A DNA stretch of 64,000 bases from contig CAVNZM010000008.1 in the NCBI GenBank assembly GCA_963693365.1, positions 124,001 through 188,000 of the forward strand. Direction: 5' to 3'. Below, one piece after another: positions 40,401 through 53,365 of the stretch. The notes under the pieces are model-generated. The model did no database searches. It was not told where the DNA came from and saw only the letters and a program-made list of their open reading frames with translations. Each line of letters begins with the position of its first letter. Within the stretch, counting starts at the first letter, position 1. The position numbers and the translations under genes were made by a program. Source of the stretch: Amoebidium appalachense (Eukaryota; Protista; Ichthyosporea).

Positions 40401-41197
40401 GCACACCATATAGCACCCACTAGGCCCAGCACACCATATAGCACCCACTAGGCCCAGCACCCCCCCCCCCCCCAAACACCTACCACCACCATCACAGGCA
40501 CAACCACCCAATCCCCCACCTCCGTCAGCCACACATGCCAATACCGCCCAGATCAGCACGCAGCATGCACAGGGCCATACCCGTGCGCCCTCCTCATTCG
40601 TGTACCGGGGGGCACCAAACACGTTGATGGCCGTGATGGTGTACCCATCGTGCTTGAGATAGAGCCCTGGGGGGCCAGACGTCAGTGCCCGCCCTGCCGC
40701 CCCACAAACACACCATCCCATCAAGGCACATGCAGGCACGGGCATGGCTGGCACGAGCATGCAGGCAGGTAGGCATGGCTGGCACGTGCATCCAGGGCAG
40801 GGACGCACCCAGCAGCTGGCCGACTGCGGCACCCAGGGAGTGGCCTGTGATCTTGACTGGCAGCTGCGGGTCCAGCTGCCCCCGCACCACCTGCAGCCCT
40901 GGTCAGATGGTGCACGGCCACAGGCATGGAGATGCCTAGTGCTCATAGCCACAGGCACAGGCATACACACAACGTGGAAATAGGCACAGGCGCACTACGT
41001 GTACATAGGTGCAGCGACATACATTACCTAACGCACACTGCACCGTGGTGGGCCACCCACAAGACACCAGTTGGGTCACAACCACCCAATTACACACACA
41101 TACACCACGGGCAGCCCAACCCACCCAACACGATCTATATGCACCCCAAAGCAACCACACACCATGCACCCCACCCACACGACACCACGTACCAGCC

Positions 41198-41251
<54 letters not shown>

Positions 41252-44200
41252 AGACACACCACCACTGCCACCACCACCACCGCCACTGCCACCACCACTG
41301 TTACCATAAATACACACCTTGTACATCTCCAGGGCGGCCTGGCGGAACCCCCCTGTGCACATCGATGCCAAGTAGATCGTCGTGTTCCATGCGGGTATCT
41401 AGGTCCAACAGGATGTGTTTGAGCTTCAGAAAGTCCGTGCCACGTATCACCACGTGCTGTAGCTGGCGCCCTGTCCCTGTGTGTGTGTGTGTGCGCGCGC
41501 GCGCGTGTACGTGTGTGTGTGTGGGTGTGTGGGTGGGTGTGTGTGTTGTGTGTAAATGTATTTTGTTGGGCACTGGCATGGTGGTGGAGCTGTGGTGAGT
41601 ATGTTGTGAATGGGAAAGAGACCATCTCGCATGCCCGGGGCTGACAAATGTTGCTCTGCCAGGGGAAGCTTGAGTGTGTGCCTTCTATGGTGCCTGGGTC
41701 CGAGGGAGTATCTGTTCCTGTAGGATCGGGCACGGGCTTGCCTATGCCGATGCACAAGCTGTTGTAAGATCACATTCTTCTAAACGCGTGCAGGTGAGGG
41801 AGGGGTAAGGGCGGGGAGGGGGGGGGGGAAGGGGGGCATGATAGTATTCTGTTCGTGAGAACACATTTACCGTGTGGTGTTTGTGTGTGTGTGTGCGCGC
41901 GCGTGTGGTGGTGGTGAAAGGGCGGGAGGGGGGGGGGGGGGGGGGGGGGAGGAGGAAGGGGGAAGACAACTTTGCTGGGAGGGGGCCAGGGCAGGCAGTG
42001 GGTCGTCCAGTGGGTCACCACTGCGTGTGTAGAGGGGACTGGCCTCCACAGCACTGTCACTGTCACGCAGCAGCACGAGATAGCGCATCTCACTCTGGGT
42101 GCACGGTCAGCACACTGCATGCGTATATCTACGTGCACACAGTCAGCACATAGATATATCTACGTGCACACAGTCAGCCGTGACACTGACATATCTACGT
42201 GCACACAGTCAGCACGCAGATATATCTGCGTGTACACAGTCAGTACATAGATATATCTACGTGCACACGGTCAGCACATAGATATATCTACGTGCACACG
42301 GTCAGCACGCAGATATATCTACGTGCACACAGTCAGCACATAGATATATCTACGTGCACACAGTCAGCACATAGATATATCTACGTGCACACGGTCAGCA
42401 TACTGCATGCATATATCCGTGTGCACACGGTCGGCATACTGCATACATTTATCCGTGTGCACACAGTCAGCATACTGCATGCATATATCCGTGTGCACAC
42501 GGTCAGCACACAGCTTTTGGGGACTTAAAAATACTCTTCTACACCCCCCCTCTCTCCCCCCCCCCCCCCCACACACACACACACACAGACACTGCCCTAT
42601 TTGAGTTCTACCCATGCTCCTGGAAACCATCTGTGTTCTTCCCGGTGTGTATTATGATCATGGTTTGCCTCCTGCCCCCCCCCCCCCCCCCCCGCATCCG
42701 CCCGTTCCCCCCCCCCACCCCCCCCTGCCTTCTAGTGTATAGCCCACCGTCCACCCTCTTTCTTCTTGAGAGTGGGCCCACCTACCTGGGGCAGCATGCA
42801 GGGTGTGACGCTGATGGCGGGGTACTTGGCCACGACGTGGCTGTCACTCTTCTTGAGGTCTGCAGGCATCCGTCAGCTGGAACACCGTGCTCTCCCTCTT
42901 TGCCCGCAATATGCTCATACCATGTACACTGCCTGCACACCCTGCATATGATGCACACCACCTACATACCACAATATTCCAACCATCCACCAGTATTGAT
43001 ACTATACAGCACGTATGGGCAGTATAGGCACTTATGCCGCCCATCTACCTCCCAGTATTTATGCAGCCTAACAAGTGCATGTGCTAGCCCCCCTCCTATC
43101 CCCACGCACCCTTCAGCAGCTGTGCGTCGTCCAGCAGGTCCAGCCAGTCGACACTGCGCAGGTCTGTGGGTCTCTGCTCAAACATGCAGCCCTCCTCCTC
43201 CTCCTCCTCCCCCACCTGCTCACACAGCTGCACACCCCGTCCAAAGAACCCCCCCATCTCTGTCACCGCCTGCAACCCCCAACCGTAAATACCCACCCTA
43301 TGGTCCTCCCCCCCCCCCCCCCCCCACCACCACAATGCATCACATTCCTACCCTTTTTTGTCCCCTCCCCCCCCCTCCCCTTCCATCCGAATACATCCCC
43401 CCCCCTCTCCCCCCCCCCCAACCCAATCCCTCAAACCACCGATAGCATCCGTCCCCCACCTTAAAGCAACCACCGCTACTTCCATTTTAGCTGCTGGGCG
43501 GCAAGCCACATTGGTGACGTCATTCTGTGCACAAATTCCATGGCGCCGTGTCACCCCAAAAAAGGCGCGAAAGGGTGAGTTGTTTGTCGACATCGGTATT
43601 TGACACAACTTGATTGAGTCTCTTGATTGGTGAGACTCATTTGAGAAATGTGGCTCTCGGCTGGTCAGCGCCCAGACGCTAAAATGGGAGAAGCGGTGGT
43701 TGGTTTAATGTCCTCACATGCATGTCCCCCCCCCCCCCCTTCCTCCCTCCCCCCCCCCCCTTCGGCCCCATTCCCCACCATTTTTAAGGTGCCCCTCAGC
43801 TCGTCCGCCTCTGTCCTGCGCATGGCATCCACCCTCCAGCCAAAGTCACGTGCCGCCAGGGCCAGGGCCTCTCTCTGCTGCTGCTCCCTCACCACAGCTG
43901 CCGCCACCTTGGCTGGGTCCCCCTCCTCCTCACACCCACTCGTAGCACCTGCCTGGTTCGGTGTGCATTGCTTGTTGGCCAGAGAGAGGACACACAGTGC
44001 ACACAGCCCTACCAGTCTTTTACAGAATAGTAGCATCTACCCTCAGTGGTGGGATTGCTGCCAATCGTTAACGGCAATGAAAGGAAACCTCCACCTATCC
44101 ACTCATAGGAAGGTCTCAGGTGCACGGGGAAGACACCTGCGCTCATCCCATACACACCAGCACATACACAGGCACAAAAGCAGACACACTCGCGCACGCA

Positions 44201-44515
44201 CAAGTCCCGCTTACTACCCCCCCCCCCCCCCCTCCCTCCCTCGCCTTCCAAAAAAAAGGAGTACACGACAATGATGATTTCTATCCTTTTTTTTTCTCAG
44301 TCTCCCTCTCTGTCTCTCTGTCTCTCTCTCTCTCTCTCTCTTTTTTTTTCTCTTTTTTTTTTTTTGCGGGGGGGGGGGGGGGGGGGGGGGGGGGGGAATA
44401 GAAACAGAGTGTGGCGGATCCAAGATGGGAACGGGGAAGGAACACATATTGCAGAGCATCAGCAGAGACTGCCCCACATCCAAGCAGACTAGATCCCCCC
44501 GCCCCCCCCCCCCCC

Positions 44516-44552
<37 letters not shown>

Positions 44553-44917
44553 ACTCACCCACCCACGCACCTCCTTCCTGCGCAGCTTTGTGACCTTTGC
44601 AGCCGTGGCCTCCCAGTCAGCCCTTATGCGGTCGACGGCAGGGATGTCAGCGCCCACAGGGCCCAGGTGCACCTCGCTGAACCGGTCCAGATATGCCCCA
44701 AACACCTGCCCCCACACAACAAGCCCCTCACTGCTGCCCACAAGCTCCAGCAGCTGCACCAGCCAATCAAATAAGTAAAATAAATAATAAATCCCTAAAG
44801 TTAAAACCAAAGACAACTATTTACACTTGACACCGGGTCCCTGCCGAATGTACTAACCAGACATGCATGTGCTTTCTGTGTAGGTGCCGTGTTTTGTTTG
44901 ATTGTGTGTGGGTGTGG

Positions 44918-44948
<31 letters not shown>

Positions 44949-45771
44949 CGCGCGTGCGCGCACACGCGCATGTGTGTGTGTTGTGTGTGTAGGTGCCGTG
45001 TGTGTGTGTGTTTGCATGTGTGCATGTATGCGTGCGTGCGTGCGTGCGTGCATGTGTGCCTGTGTGCCTGTGTGCGTGCTTATATGCATGCTTGCGGGCG
45101 CATGTGTGTGTGTATGAGGCTTTGATTGTGTGCGCCGTGCCTGTGCATGTTGTGCGCCTGTGTGTGTGTGTGTGCTGCTCACCCTGCCTGCCTGCATCAA
45201 TACCCGTGCCAGGTCGCTATTCTCCATGGCCCGGTGGGTCGGGTCACTGCCGTACTCTTGCAGCTCCTCTCCCAGCCGCCGTGACACCTCAGCCACCTCG
45301 CCCAGCCGCTGCACATACTGCCCGCACATGTGTCAGACAACCGTGTAGTATCTCAACGCTCTATCAACATCTTGTTTACCCGTGCCTTTAGGTTGGTATA
45401 AAGCCCCTAATGAGGCTTGCTATACGTACATAGTAACTGCTAAATATCGTGAGAGATCTGTATCATGGTAATGGCTTCTTAATATCTGCCAGCAAGGCCT
45501 GATAACCGCCAGCGTTCTGCGCTCAGGGCTACTCTAAAGATCTGCAAGATGCATCATGTGTTCACCTTCACCCGCCATCACCCCACGATGCTACCCCTTT
45601 CTTTACCTGTGTGGTGAGGGCCTTGAGGCGCTTATATGTGTCTGTGGTTTTTCTGACCGAGTCCTTAGCCAGCTGGTAGTCGACGTCTGCAGACACACTG
45701 CGCGTCACCCGCAGCTTGTCTCGCCTTTGGCCCTTGCCCCGCAGCCGCCCAGTGATCACCCGTGCTGACAT
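36619..45771 (-). CDS. Class-3 lipase (alpha/beta hydrolase) with N-terminal BAR-like helical region and Pro-rich C-terminus, 14 exons, ~676 aa
   Basis: Motifs VVIRGT, VHRGF (needs one G removed at ~41348-41353), [29 protein letters not shown] and SQH. Exons: 45607-45771, 45183-45317, 44571-44753, 43779-43952, 43110-43227, 42786-42859, 42061-42094, 41318-41476, 40809-40890, 40581-40666, 39828-39969, 38530-38778, 37814-38125, 36619-36737. Some boundaries (exons 3, 4, 7) have alternatives. Confidence 0.88.
36730..37115. repeat. 48-bp minisatellite overlapping the last acceptor of the lipase gene
   Basis: About 8 units of gtgcagggtgagatatatgtgcatggtgctgtctgtggatatgcaaat. Confidence 0.92.
38830..39520. 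repeat. 28-bp minisatellite GCACCCACTAGGCCCAGCACACCAT(AT/GC)A, array 1
   Basis: More than 20 tandem units in lipase intron 38779-39827. Confidence 0.95.
39985..40460. repeat. Same 28-bp minisatellite, array 2
   Basis: Tandem units in the adjacent lipase intron 39970-40580. Confidence 0.95.
42098..42512. repeat. 31-bp minisatellite containing branch point plus AG on the minus strand
   Basis: Units of gtgcacacagtcagcacatagatatatctac. Confidence 0.9.
43465..43704. mobile_element. TTAA-flanked MITE (Kolobok-like), 240 bp
   Basis: TTAA|AGCAACCACCGCTACTTCCATTTTAGCTGCTGGGCG ... CGCCCAGACGCTAAAATGGGAGAAGCGGTGGTTGGT|TTAA. TIRs match 31/36, with an inner inverted pair gccacatt/aatgtggc. Lies in lipase intron 43228-43778. 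Confidence 0.8.
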
Positions 45772-47411
45772 GTCCAAATTACAGCCAATAACCGTGTCTG
45801 CCTAGGCTTTGTTTGGTGCAGGAACAGATGTGGGGGGAAAAGATCTTTTATTATTTCCAAGATGTATGTCACTGGTGTCTGGTGAGTGAGCGTGTTCGTG
45901 CCTGCCTGTATGAAGATCTAGCCTGCGTGCTGCCATGGCCCTGTGAGGCCATGCCAGAAAGTCCTAGCTACGAGATCCTTGTGTCCATATATATGCATGT
46001 ACCGCCCATATATCGAACATGACCATATGATTTCTACCGCATGCACATGAGAAACAATAATCTACGATGTATTTTTGTATACTGTCAAAACACAACCAGA
46101 CACGGCACAAACTAAAACGTGGGCTGGTTGGTTTATGGCGATGGCCTCGGAATTTCGTTGTGTTGTTGCAATCGTGCACTACAATTGGGCTCAAACCATC
46201 TGGCAGCCAATCCAACAACCAAGAGTTGAAAATGCACAAACAACACAAACCAATCCGGGCACCTAGCTGTGCATGCACCATGGGCGTTTAACAGCAGGCG
46301 TTATGATGCCGCTATGCTGCCTGCCATATGGCTCCCCTCTGGCCTTACCGCACTGCAGCCTCAGGGTATGGGGGGCGCAAAGAGTTTTTGCTGCGCTCTG
46401 TGCGCTACCCGTTTTATCTTGCACGTAATCGTACTGTCGAAATTTTTAAATCGAATTGATGGGGTTCATCTCATTTACGACTCGTCTAGACCCCCTATAT
46501 TATTAAATTGATGACCCATTTCAGTTGATTCTACACTCCCTTAGCAATTACACACCCTGAGAGACAAAACAGGGCTTCATATTCCTATCTGGAGTACGAC
46601 CTGACCACCTTTTACCTGGGAAAACACCCATTTTGTAAGAAAAACACCAAAATACACTATCGTGCCCTACTTCACTGCTACGAAAAACCAATACAGCACC
46701 TCACAGCGTTACTCGTTTTGACCCCCTGGGCTTAATCGTAAATACGACGATTTTGGGTCGTAATTCAACCCCTGCGTTGTCTAGCCCTCCGACTCCTCCC
46801 AGACTCCGAGTCCGAGCTTGAGATCCGGCGTTTGGATGACGAGAGCCAAAGAGCAACTAACTTACCTAGCTCTAAAGTTTCTAAGCCGCTCCCTGTAGCA
46901 AAAAAGGCAATATATAAAACAGATATGTTGTGCTTGAATGTTGTGTGTTTTTCTGCATCCCCGAGGGCTCTTTTTCCGGATGTTGGCAGCCCGGCGCAGC
47001 AGTCCGGCTTGCATGCGCACCAGAAATTCCGGACGGTGCGTGTCAAACCAATCGTCAACGAGCGATTACTCGCAATAGATTTCCATGCAAGACCATGGGC
47101 CCTACAGCCACCACAAAATTAGTGACGAATGTACATTGAAAGCAACACTTTGAGCCATCGACATCCTAACACATAACACATAACACCGGGCTCTACAATT
47201 TATGGAAAGCAGAGGCTAGCAATTATAGCTCTGAGAGAAGTTAGGACACCGTATCACAATATATATCATGCTGTGCAGTATCAATATGAAGGTGATAACA
47301 TGTACAGTCAAAGTTTTATGACTCTGCAGATCCGGATATACGGAGGGAGAGGGGCAGAAAAAATATTATATTAATAAAGCTGGCCATAGCCTCCGGATTA
47401 GCACCCCCCCC

Positions 47412-47464
<53 letters not shown>

Positions 47465-47742
47465 GGTCCACCACCACCACCACCAGATGCAACACCCTCC
47501 GGGGGCACGCACAAACACACGCGCACACACACACGGGGCCAAAAGGAGCAAAAAAGAAACTGTTATACATCAGTATATGTGAAGCAAAAGGCTCTAAGAT
47601 ACAGCGAGGCTGAAACACAATATCTAAAAAACAAACAAACAAACAAACAAACAAACAAACAAACAAACAAAAAAAAAAGCACAGAGAAAGCTGAGACACA
47701 AATTCCCAGAACTTCAAAACAAAAATAAAGTAAAATGAAAAT

Positions 47743-47778
<36 letters not shown>

Positions 47779-48822
47779 ATGGGAAAGACAAGAAAAAAAG
47801 AAAAAAAAAGAAAAAAGAAAAAAACAAAAACAAAAAAAAACTCAGTGTTTCGTGGCAATCTCAGCAATATTAGCTTATAATTGTATCGACTGTATGGGTG
47901 TGACTCGTGTTGGTGGCTGGATCTACCGTATCATTGCTACAGCTTGAAGTGTGGAGGCGTCGACGTCACTACGTCACAACACCACCACTACTGCACCGTG
48001 TAAGAGCTACTACCACATGCATGAACAGACATCACTGCTGACCATGTACCTATCGCATTTACTATCACTGCATGTTGTATACTCATCAGCTATTGGTGCA
48101 TGTGTACATGTGTGCGAGAAAAAAAGCCAAATACCGCTAGGCCGTCAAGCCAGTCTTTGATGTGTGGTGTGACCCTCCACCTAGCGCCACTGAGGACAAA
48201 AGTGTTAGCAACACCCTTGGTGTCGGTACCCGTGGCATGAAGCCTGCCAGTGTGGAGATTACTCGCTAATGATTGCCCCTCCCCCCCCCCCCCCCCCCCC
48301 CCCCCACCACCACCACCACCACCGGTACCACCACCCACCCACCCACACCACCTCCCACCACCACCTACCCACCCACATCACCACCACCACCAGCATATTT
48401 TTGTACACCACCAAACAACAAAAACAACAACCATCTTCCCAGCCACCCCACCTCTTTACGCACACCACCTGGTCCAACCCCCCCCCCCCCCCCCCCCCCC
48501 CCCACAATACACACATCCCACCACCATCGCCACCGCCTACTACCCGCCCGGCCACCCACCCACCCACCACCACCACCACCAGCACATGTCTGTACACAAC
48601 CAAAGAATAAAAACAAAAACCATCTTTGAATTTCCACCCACCTCACTTCTACACCACCTGGTCAAAACGACAAAACGAAAGAATGATTAATCGAACCCGA
48701 CCCTGACCACCACTACTATACACAGAGGCAAAATGCACGCACCCATGGTCCCGGTGACTAACAGCACAAGCACCATCTGTTGTTACTAAAAAACAATGCA
48801 ATCAGTAGGCTATTTCCTGGAT

Positions 48823-50981
48823 CTATGGTCCAGTGAGAACACCGTTATTGCACCATTTCCACACAGTCCATGAGCTATAGCAAAACATGTCAAGCCAAAC
48901 ACCATTAAAATAAACTTTTACCTTCAGAGTCCTGCCGAGTGCCTCCAGTGCCCCCTTCAGCTGAATCAGAGAGGGATTTGAGCCACGTTTACCATACACA
49001 TATACAAACTCTAACGCCGGGCATGCCACAAGGGGTAGGAGATCCAAATTCGAAAATTCAGAAAAAATGAATCTCCGAAGGGCCGGAAGACCAACGAGTA
49101 CTAGTGGTGTGACGTCCGCCCACAGCCACGCACGCATGCCGTCCCCCTCCATGGAAAGACATTCCAAAGCAACACACCCGGAAAATGCCGTGCCTGGTGG
49201 GAACGGGCTACCCAACACATCCACGCACTTGACGCTGGTTGGGAAACTTGCAATCTGCAATCTTGTGCAGCCTTCCACATGCACACATTTCAGCGCCCCG
49301 CTCATAGGCAGCACCAGTCGGGATATATAGTGCTCATCCCGCAGCATCAACTCTTCCAAACAATCGAAACCGCTGAAATCGACGTCACTCGATTCGAATT
49401 CGTTCCCCTCGTCACTGGGCTGCGCCTCATGCCAACCGAAATCCGTTGAATACAAGCGAATCTTGGTGAGAAATCTCATTTCGCACACAAGGGCGACTGC
49501 ATGCGGCCGATCCAGGCCAAACCGTGTGACTGTAAGGATGCGCGTTGACTGAAGGGAATGGGCGAAAGATACGACAGGGAGTGGTCAACCACCCACGTGC
49601 TCCGTCACGGTGGATGCGATGCCATGGCCGGCCCATAAAATGCCATTCACTCCAAAGCCGCAACTCAGTTAGCTTGTCCGATTGGATGGCGGGGCACAGA
49701 TTGGGTTCGTACATATACGTCACGTCGACATGTCTCAACTCCATACACTTGGAAAGCGGCTGCAAATCGACCGTGTGAGCTCTAACCTTGACATACTCGA
49801 GTGCTGGAAGGGATGGGAGAACAACATCTGGTGCGTTTCTGCGGTATGACGAAGGTTTGATGTCTACCACGAGTCTGGTTAAGTTGGTAGACCCCTCGAG
49901 TGCAGCCAAATTGATGAGTTGAGTGTTGCCCTGTGTTTCGTATGGCGGATTGATTGAAATGGACAGGACGCCGAGATGCGGCAGGTAGGGGAAGAGAGTA
50001 GCCGTTTGGTCCGTTTGGCCCGGAGGTTTGTTCCACGCGTACGTGGCAATAGAAACATCGACGAGTGCGGTGCAATGCTCTAACATCGACAGATCGACTG
50101 ATTCGGCATGCAGCTTTAGGGATTGGAGTAGCGTCAGGTGGGGCAGGTTTCTAATGTACCTTGGTCCACGCTTCCATATATCATCAAATATAATCTTCAG
50201 GGATTGGAGAGCTGTGTGGGTGCCTAGGGGGCTCAGATCCACGATCCGCGTATGCACATCTCCGTACGGGACGTCACCGTTATAGGGAGTAAAACAAACA
50301 GCCAGGCTCTTCAATGCCGGGGCCAGATGCCGGAGGGACGATATGGTCTCAGCGACGTTGCACGGTAACCCACCGAAAGATCCCGCAATCGAAATTTCAC
50401 GCAAACGATTACAGCCCACGCTAGCCAAGATAGAACCCAAATCCTCCACCGGTATCCACTCCTCCACCCCTTGCAGAACCAGACCGTCCAGTCTCGTCAT
50501 CTCCCCAAACAACTTGAAGAGCGATTGGGACATGTTACAACCGGGTCCCGGGCATCGCCATCAACAGACTAAAGCCAGTAACATCGTTTGCAGGTGGTGA
50601 AATGACGATTCGGCTGATTTTCTTGCACGAACAAATGATCTGAAGCATCTCAGCGTTAGTCCTTTCGAGCCCCGCCAAGCCCGCATTTCTGTAAAGTTTG
50701 CCTTCGAACCCCGATCTGTAAAGTTTGCCTTCGAACCCCGAAAAGCGCACATTTCTGTAAACTTTGTTCAAATCGGCCAAGGACAAGCAGGAGGGCAGCA
50801 CAGTCGACCTGTGGCCTGTTAGTGACCCGAGGGAGATGCAGGGTGACACCACCGACCTGAAGTGACCGCGCAATGGTGCCGAGACGACGACAAACGAGGG
50901 TGGTGTTTAGACGGTCGGTGTGCGGCAGGTGGGAAATGATCATCGCGAGAATATCATCCGATAGCAAGCCAAGAAGCAATT
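48823..50981 (-). pseudogene. F-box / leucine-rich-repeat gene broken by about 3 frameshifts (pseudogene or assembly indels)
   Basis: F-box LLSDDILAMIISHLPHTDRLNTTLVCRRL, followed by LRR-like segments (LPHLTLLQSLKLH, LEHCTALVDVSI, FSGCVALECLSM, LVACPALEFVYV) spread over ORFs 50656-51090, 50535-50873, 49427-50533 and 48823-49488. Acceptor ctacag|AA at 50981. Confidence 0.72.
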
Positions 50982-50987
50982 CTGTAG

Positions 50988-51032
<45 letters not shown>

Positions 51033-51042
51033 GTGTGTGTGA

Positions 51043-51088
<46 letters not shown>

Positions 51089-51796
51089 ATGTGTCACACA
51101 GTGTGTGTGTTAGTTTGTGGACATACAGTCACAATCACTCTCCCCCTCTCTCTTCTTCTCTCACTCTCTCCCCTCTGCTCCGCCTCTCTCCGGATCTCCT
51201 TTCCTCCCTCCCTCCCCCCCCCCCCCCTCTCCCCGCCCCCTCCTCCTCCTCCCCTCTCCCCCCCCCCCCCCCCCCCCCACCCTCCTCCTTCCTTCCTCCC
51301 TCCTTCTCACTCACTCACTCACCCATGACTACAAACTTGTTTTTCTCTAGACACAATAAAAAACATGGGTGCAACCTTGTGCCTCTGTGGTGCTTAAGGA
51401 CGTCCTTAAGTGGTGGTAAAAACACGTCTATCCATATGTAAGTGCATGTGTAAATAAGAACGGAAGGCGGGGAGAGAAGCAGGCAGAGAACCCAAGAAGA
51501 GCGGGATAGTGTGTGCAAATGCCGCACAAATCTCTGTAATCGTGGGCCAGTTAACTGCTTGGTGTGCAACCAGGGGGATCATCTAGGCACTAATGCGTAC
51601 GGGTAGAAAACACGGAAGCAATATAGAAAAAGAAAACCCAAAAACCAGAAACTGAGAGAACAAAACGAATAAAAAGTAAAAGAGAACCAAAACCCCATTT
51701 AATTGTGAAGGCGAAAATGTTTGAACTCACCTAGAAAGATCTCCCCTCCCTCCCCCCTCCCACCGACAACGTTCTCCCCCCCCCCCCCCCTTTTTT

Positions 51797-51838
<42 letters not shown>

Positions 51839-53254
51839 TATAGGCGATAAAACATTAAGTCACAGGGATACTGCAATAGAAGAGGCTCATTTCACACACT
51901 CGCGAAGCAGCCAGAAAAGGAGGAGAGGGGGGGGGGGGGGGGGGGGGGGATAGAGGAATGAAATAACATCTAGGCGTTTTGTGCCAAACCTATGCACGGA
52001 CACCCAAAGAACACAAGAAGTGAATAATAACCGTGCACCGCAGATGGGTGGGTGGGTGGGTGGTTGGTGGTGGTGGTGGGGGGGGGTAGGGGGGGGGGGG
52101 TATGCAGTTGATCAAGCATGTAGTACAGGGTTTGTTAGAACCAGGAGTAAGGGAGACAGGAAAAGAAGATAATAGAGGCAGAAAACACTTGACCAGAGTC
52201 AGAGCCCATCGTCTTGAGGGTTCTGATGCCTCCACAAAAAAAAAAAAAAAAAGAATCTCCACTATTTAACTCTCAGGTATGGTTCCCAACACATGCATTT
52301 ATCTTAACGGCAATGAGCAAGTTAACCCGTCTTCCAAAGACGTGCAGGGTTGTTCAAGGAGCAGTAATCTAAAAAAAAAACCAGAACCCGAAACGCATGC
52401 AAGGAGACAATTATAACAAAAAAACACAAGCAGACAAGTAGAGCAAAAGTCGGGCTCATACAAAGCTTCCCATTCCCTAACCTATTTAAACACGAGCAGG
52501 GAGGGGCGAGGGGAAAGCGGAGGTTCATATGTGTATGTATGTGTTGAAACTCGGCTTTGTATATGGTGCAAGCTCGTGTTGGTATCCGAATCTAGATACT
52601 CTCCGTGTGCACCTACAAGTGTGTCTAACTGTGTGCAGACAAAAGCGAACAAGCACCCTATGTGCCACGGACGGAAAGGGAAGGTTAGACCATACCAGCC
52701 CAATGTACTTGAAACATGATGATCTTTCCGGAACTCTACATAAACAAGAAAAGCAAACATCTCACACTGTGCGCTCAAGCTCTCCCAACTCGCGCACCTT
52801 TCTTTGGGTCGTCTGGCACCAGTGGCGGCAGGGGCCTCTTTTCTCTCTGCTCCGAGTCCATGTTGACTCTCAAAGGAACTAGCACCTAGCGTGGGGCTAG
52901 ATTCTAGACAAATGGCAGGGTCACAGCGCAAGCGATGGGTACAACGTGAGTGTGAAAAAAGGCAAAAGTGAAGCTGACACGGTTTGTGTTCTAACTCAAA
53001 ACAAAACGACGTGGTCAACCCTATTGTTCACAGCTCCCTTGTGTCTGTCCTTAGAAGCAGTTCGCCCCATATATGCGTGGCAGAAGCTCTGGCTACTACG
53101 TGAAAGTGACTATGGATGCGTTACATGTTTCTGCCAGCGAAAGACCAATGTTCGTGTTTAGATACACCTGTACAGGTTCACAAGAGTCCAGAGTGTTGAC
53201 CAAAAACGCCCGACTCGGCGACTGCCCCGTTTGTGTGGCTTGAGATCTAGAGTC

Positions 53255-53365
53255 TGACGTCACGTCAGCACCACAACTTGCCATTTTTGGAAGGATCTAT
53301 GTGTCATGGAGGGTGTCTGACCATACACCAATCAAATGTGCGTACTGACAAATTTGTGCATACCA
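53255..53365 (-). promoter_or_regulatory. Second copy of the ~115-bp CCAAT/CRE element; TATA-like TATATAAAG at 53382 and another CCAAT at 53567 follow, upstream of the GH3 gene
   Basis: The reverse complement aligns to 30835-30955. Motifs read directly from the sequence. Confidence 0.55.

Noticed and set aside
38830-40460. CRISPR-like appearance of 28-bp repeats (also the 31-, 35- and 48-bp arrays)
   Set aside because: Units are head-to-tail without unique spacers, there are no cas genes, and the context is a eukaryotic intron.
46425-46775. AT-rich island ending in gtcgtaattcaacccctg, resembling a hAT terminus
   Set aside because: No matching opposite TIR or 8-bp TSD found in the window.
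50810-50857. Short intron in the F-box gene (GTCGGT...CACTAAC...CACAG)
   Set aside because: It would be in frame (phase 0 to phase 0) and would not repair the downstream frame break; it may simply be coding sequence.
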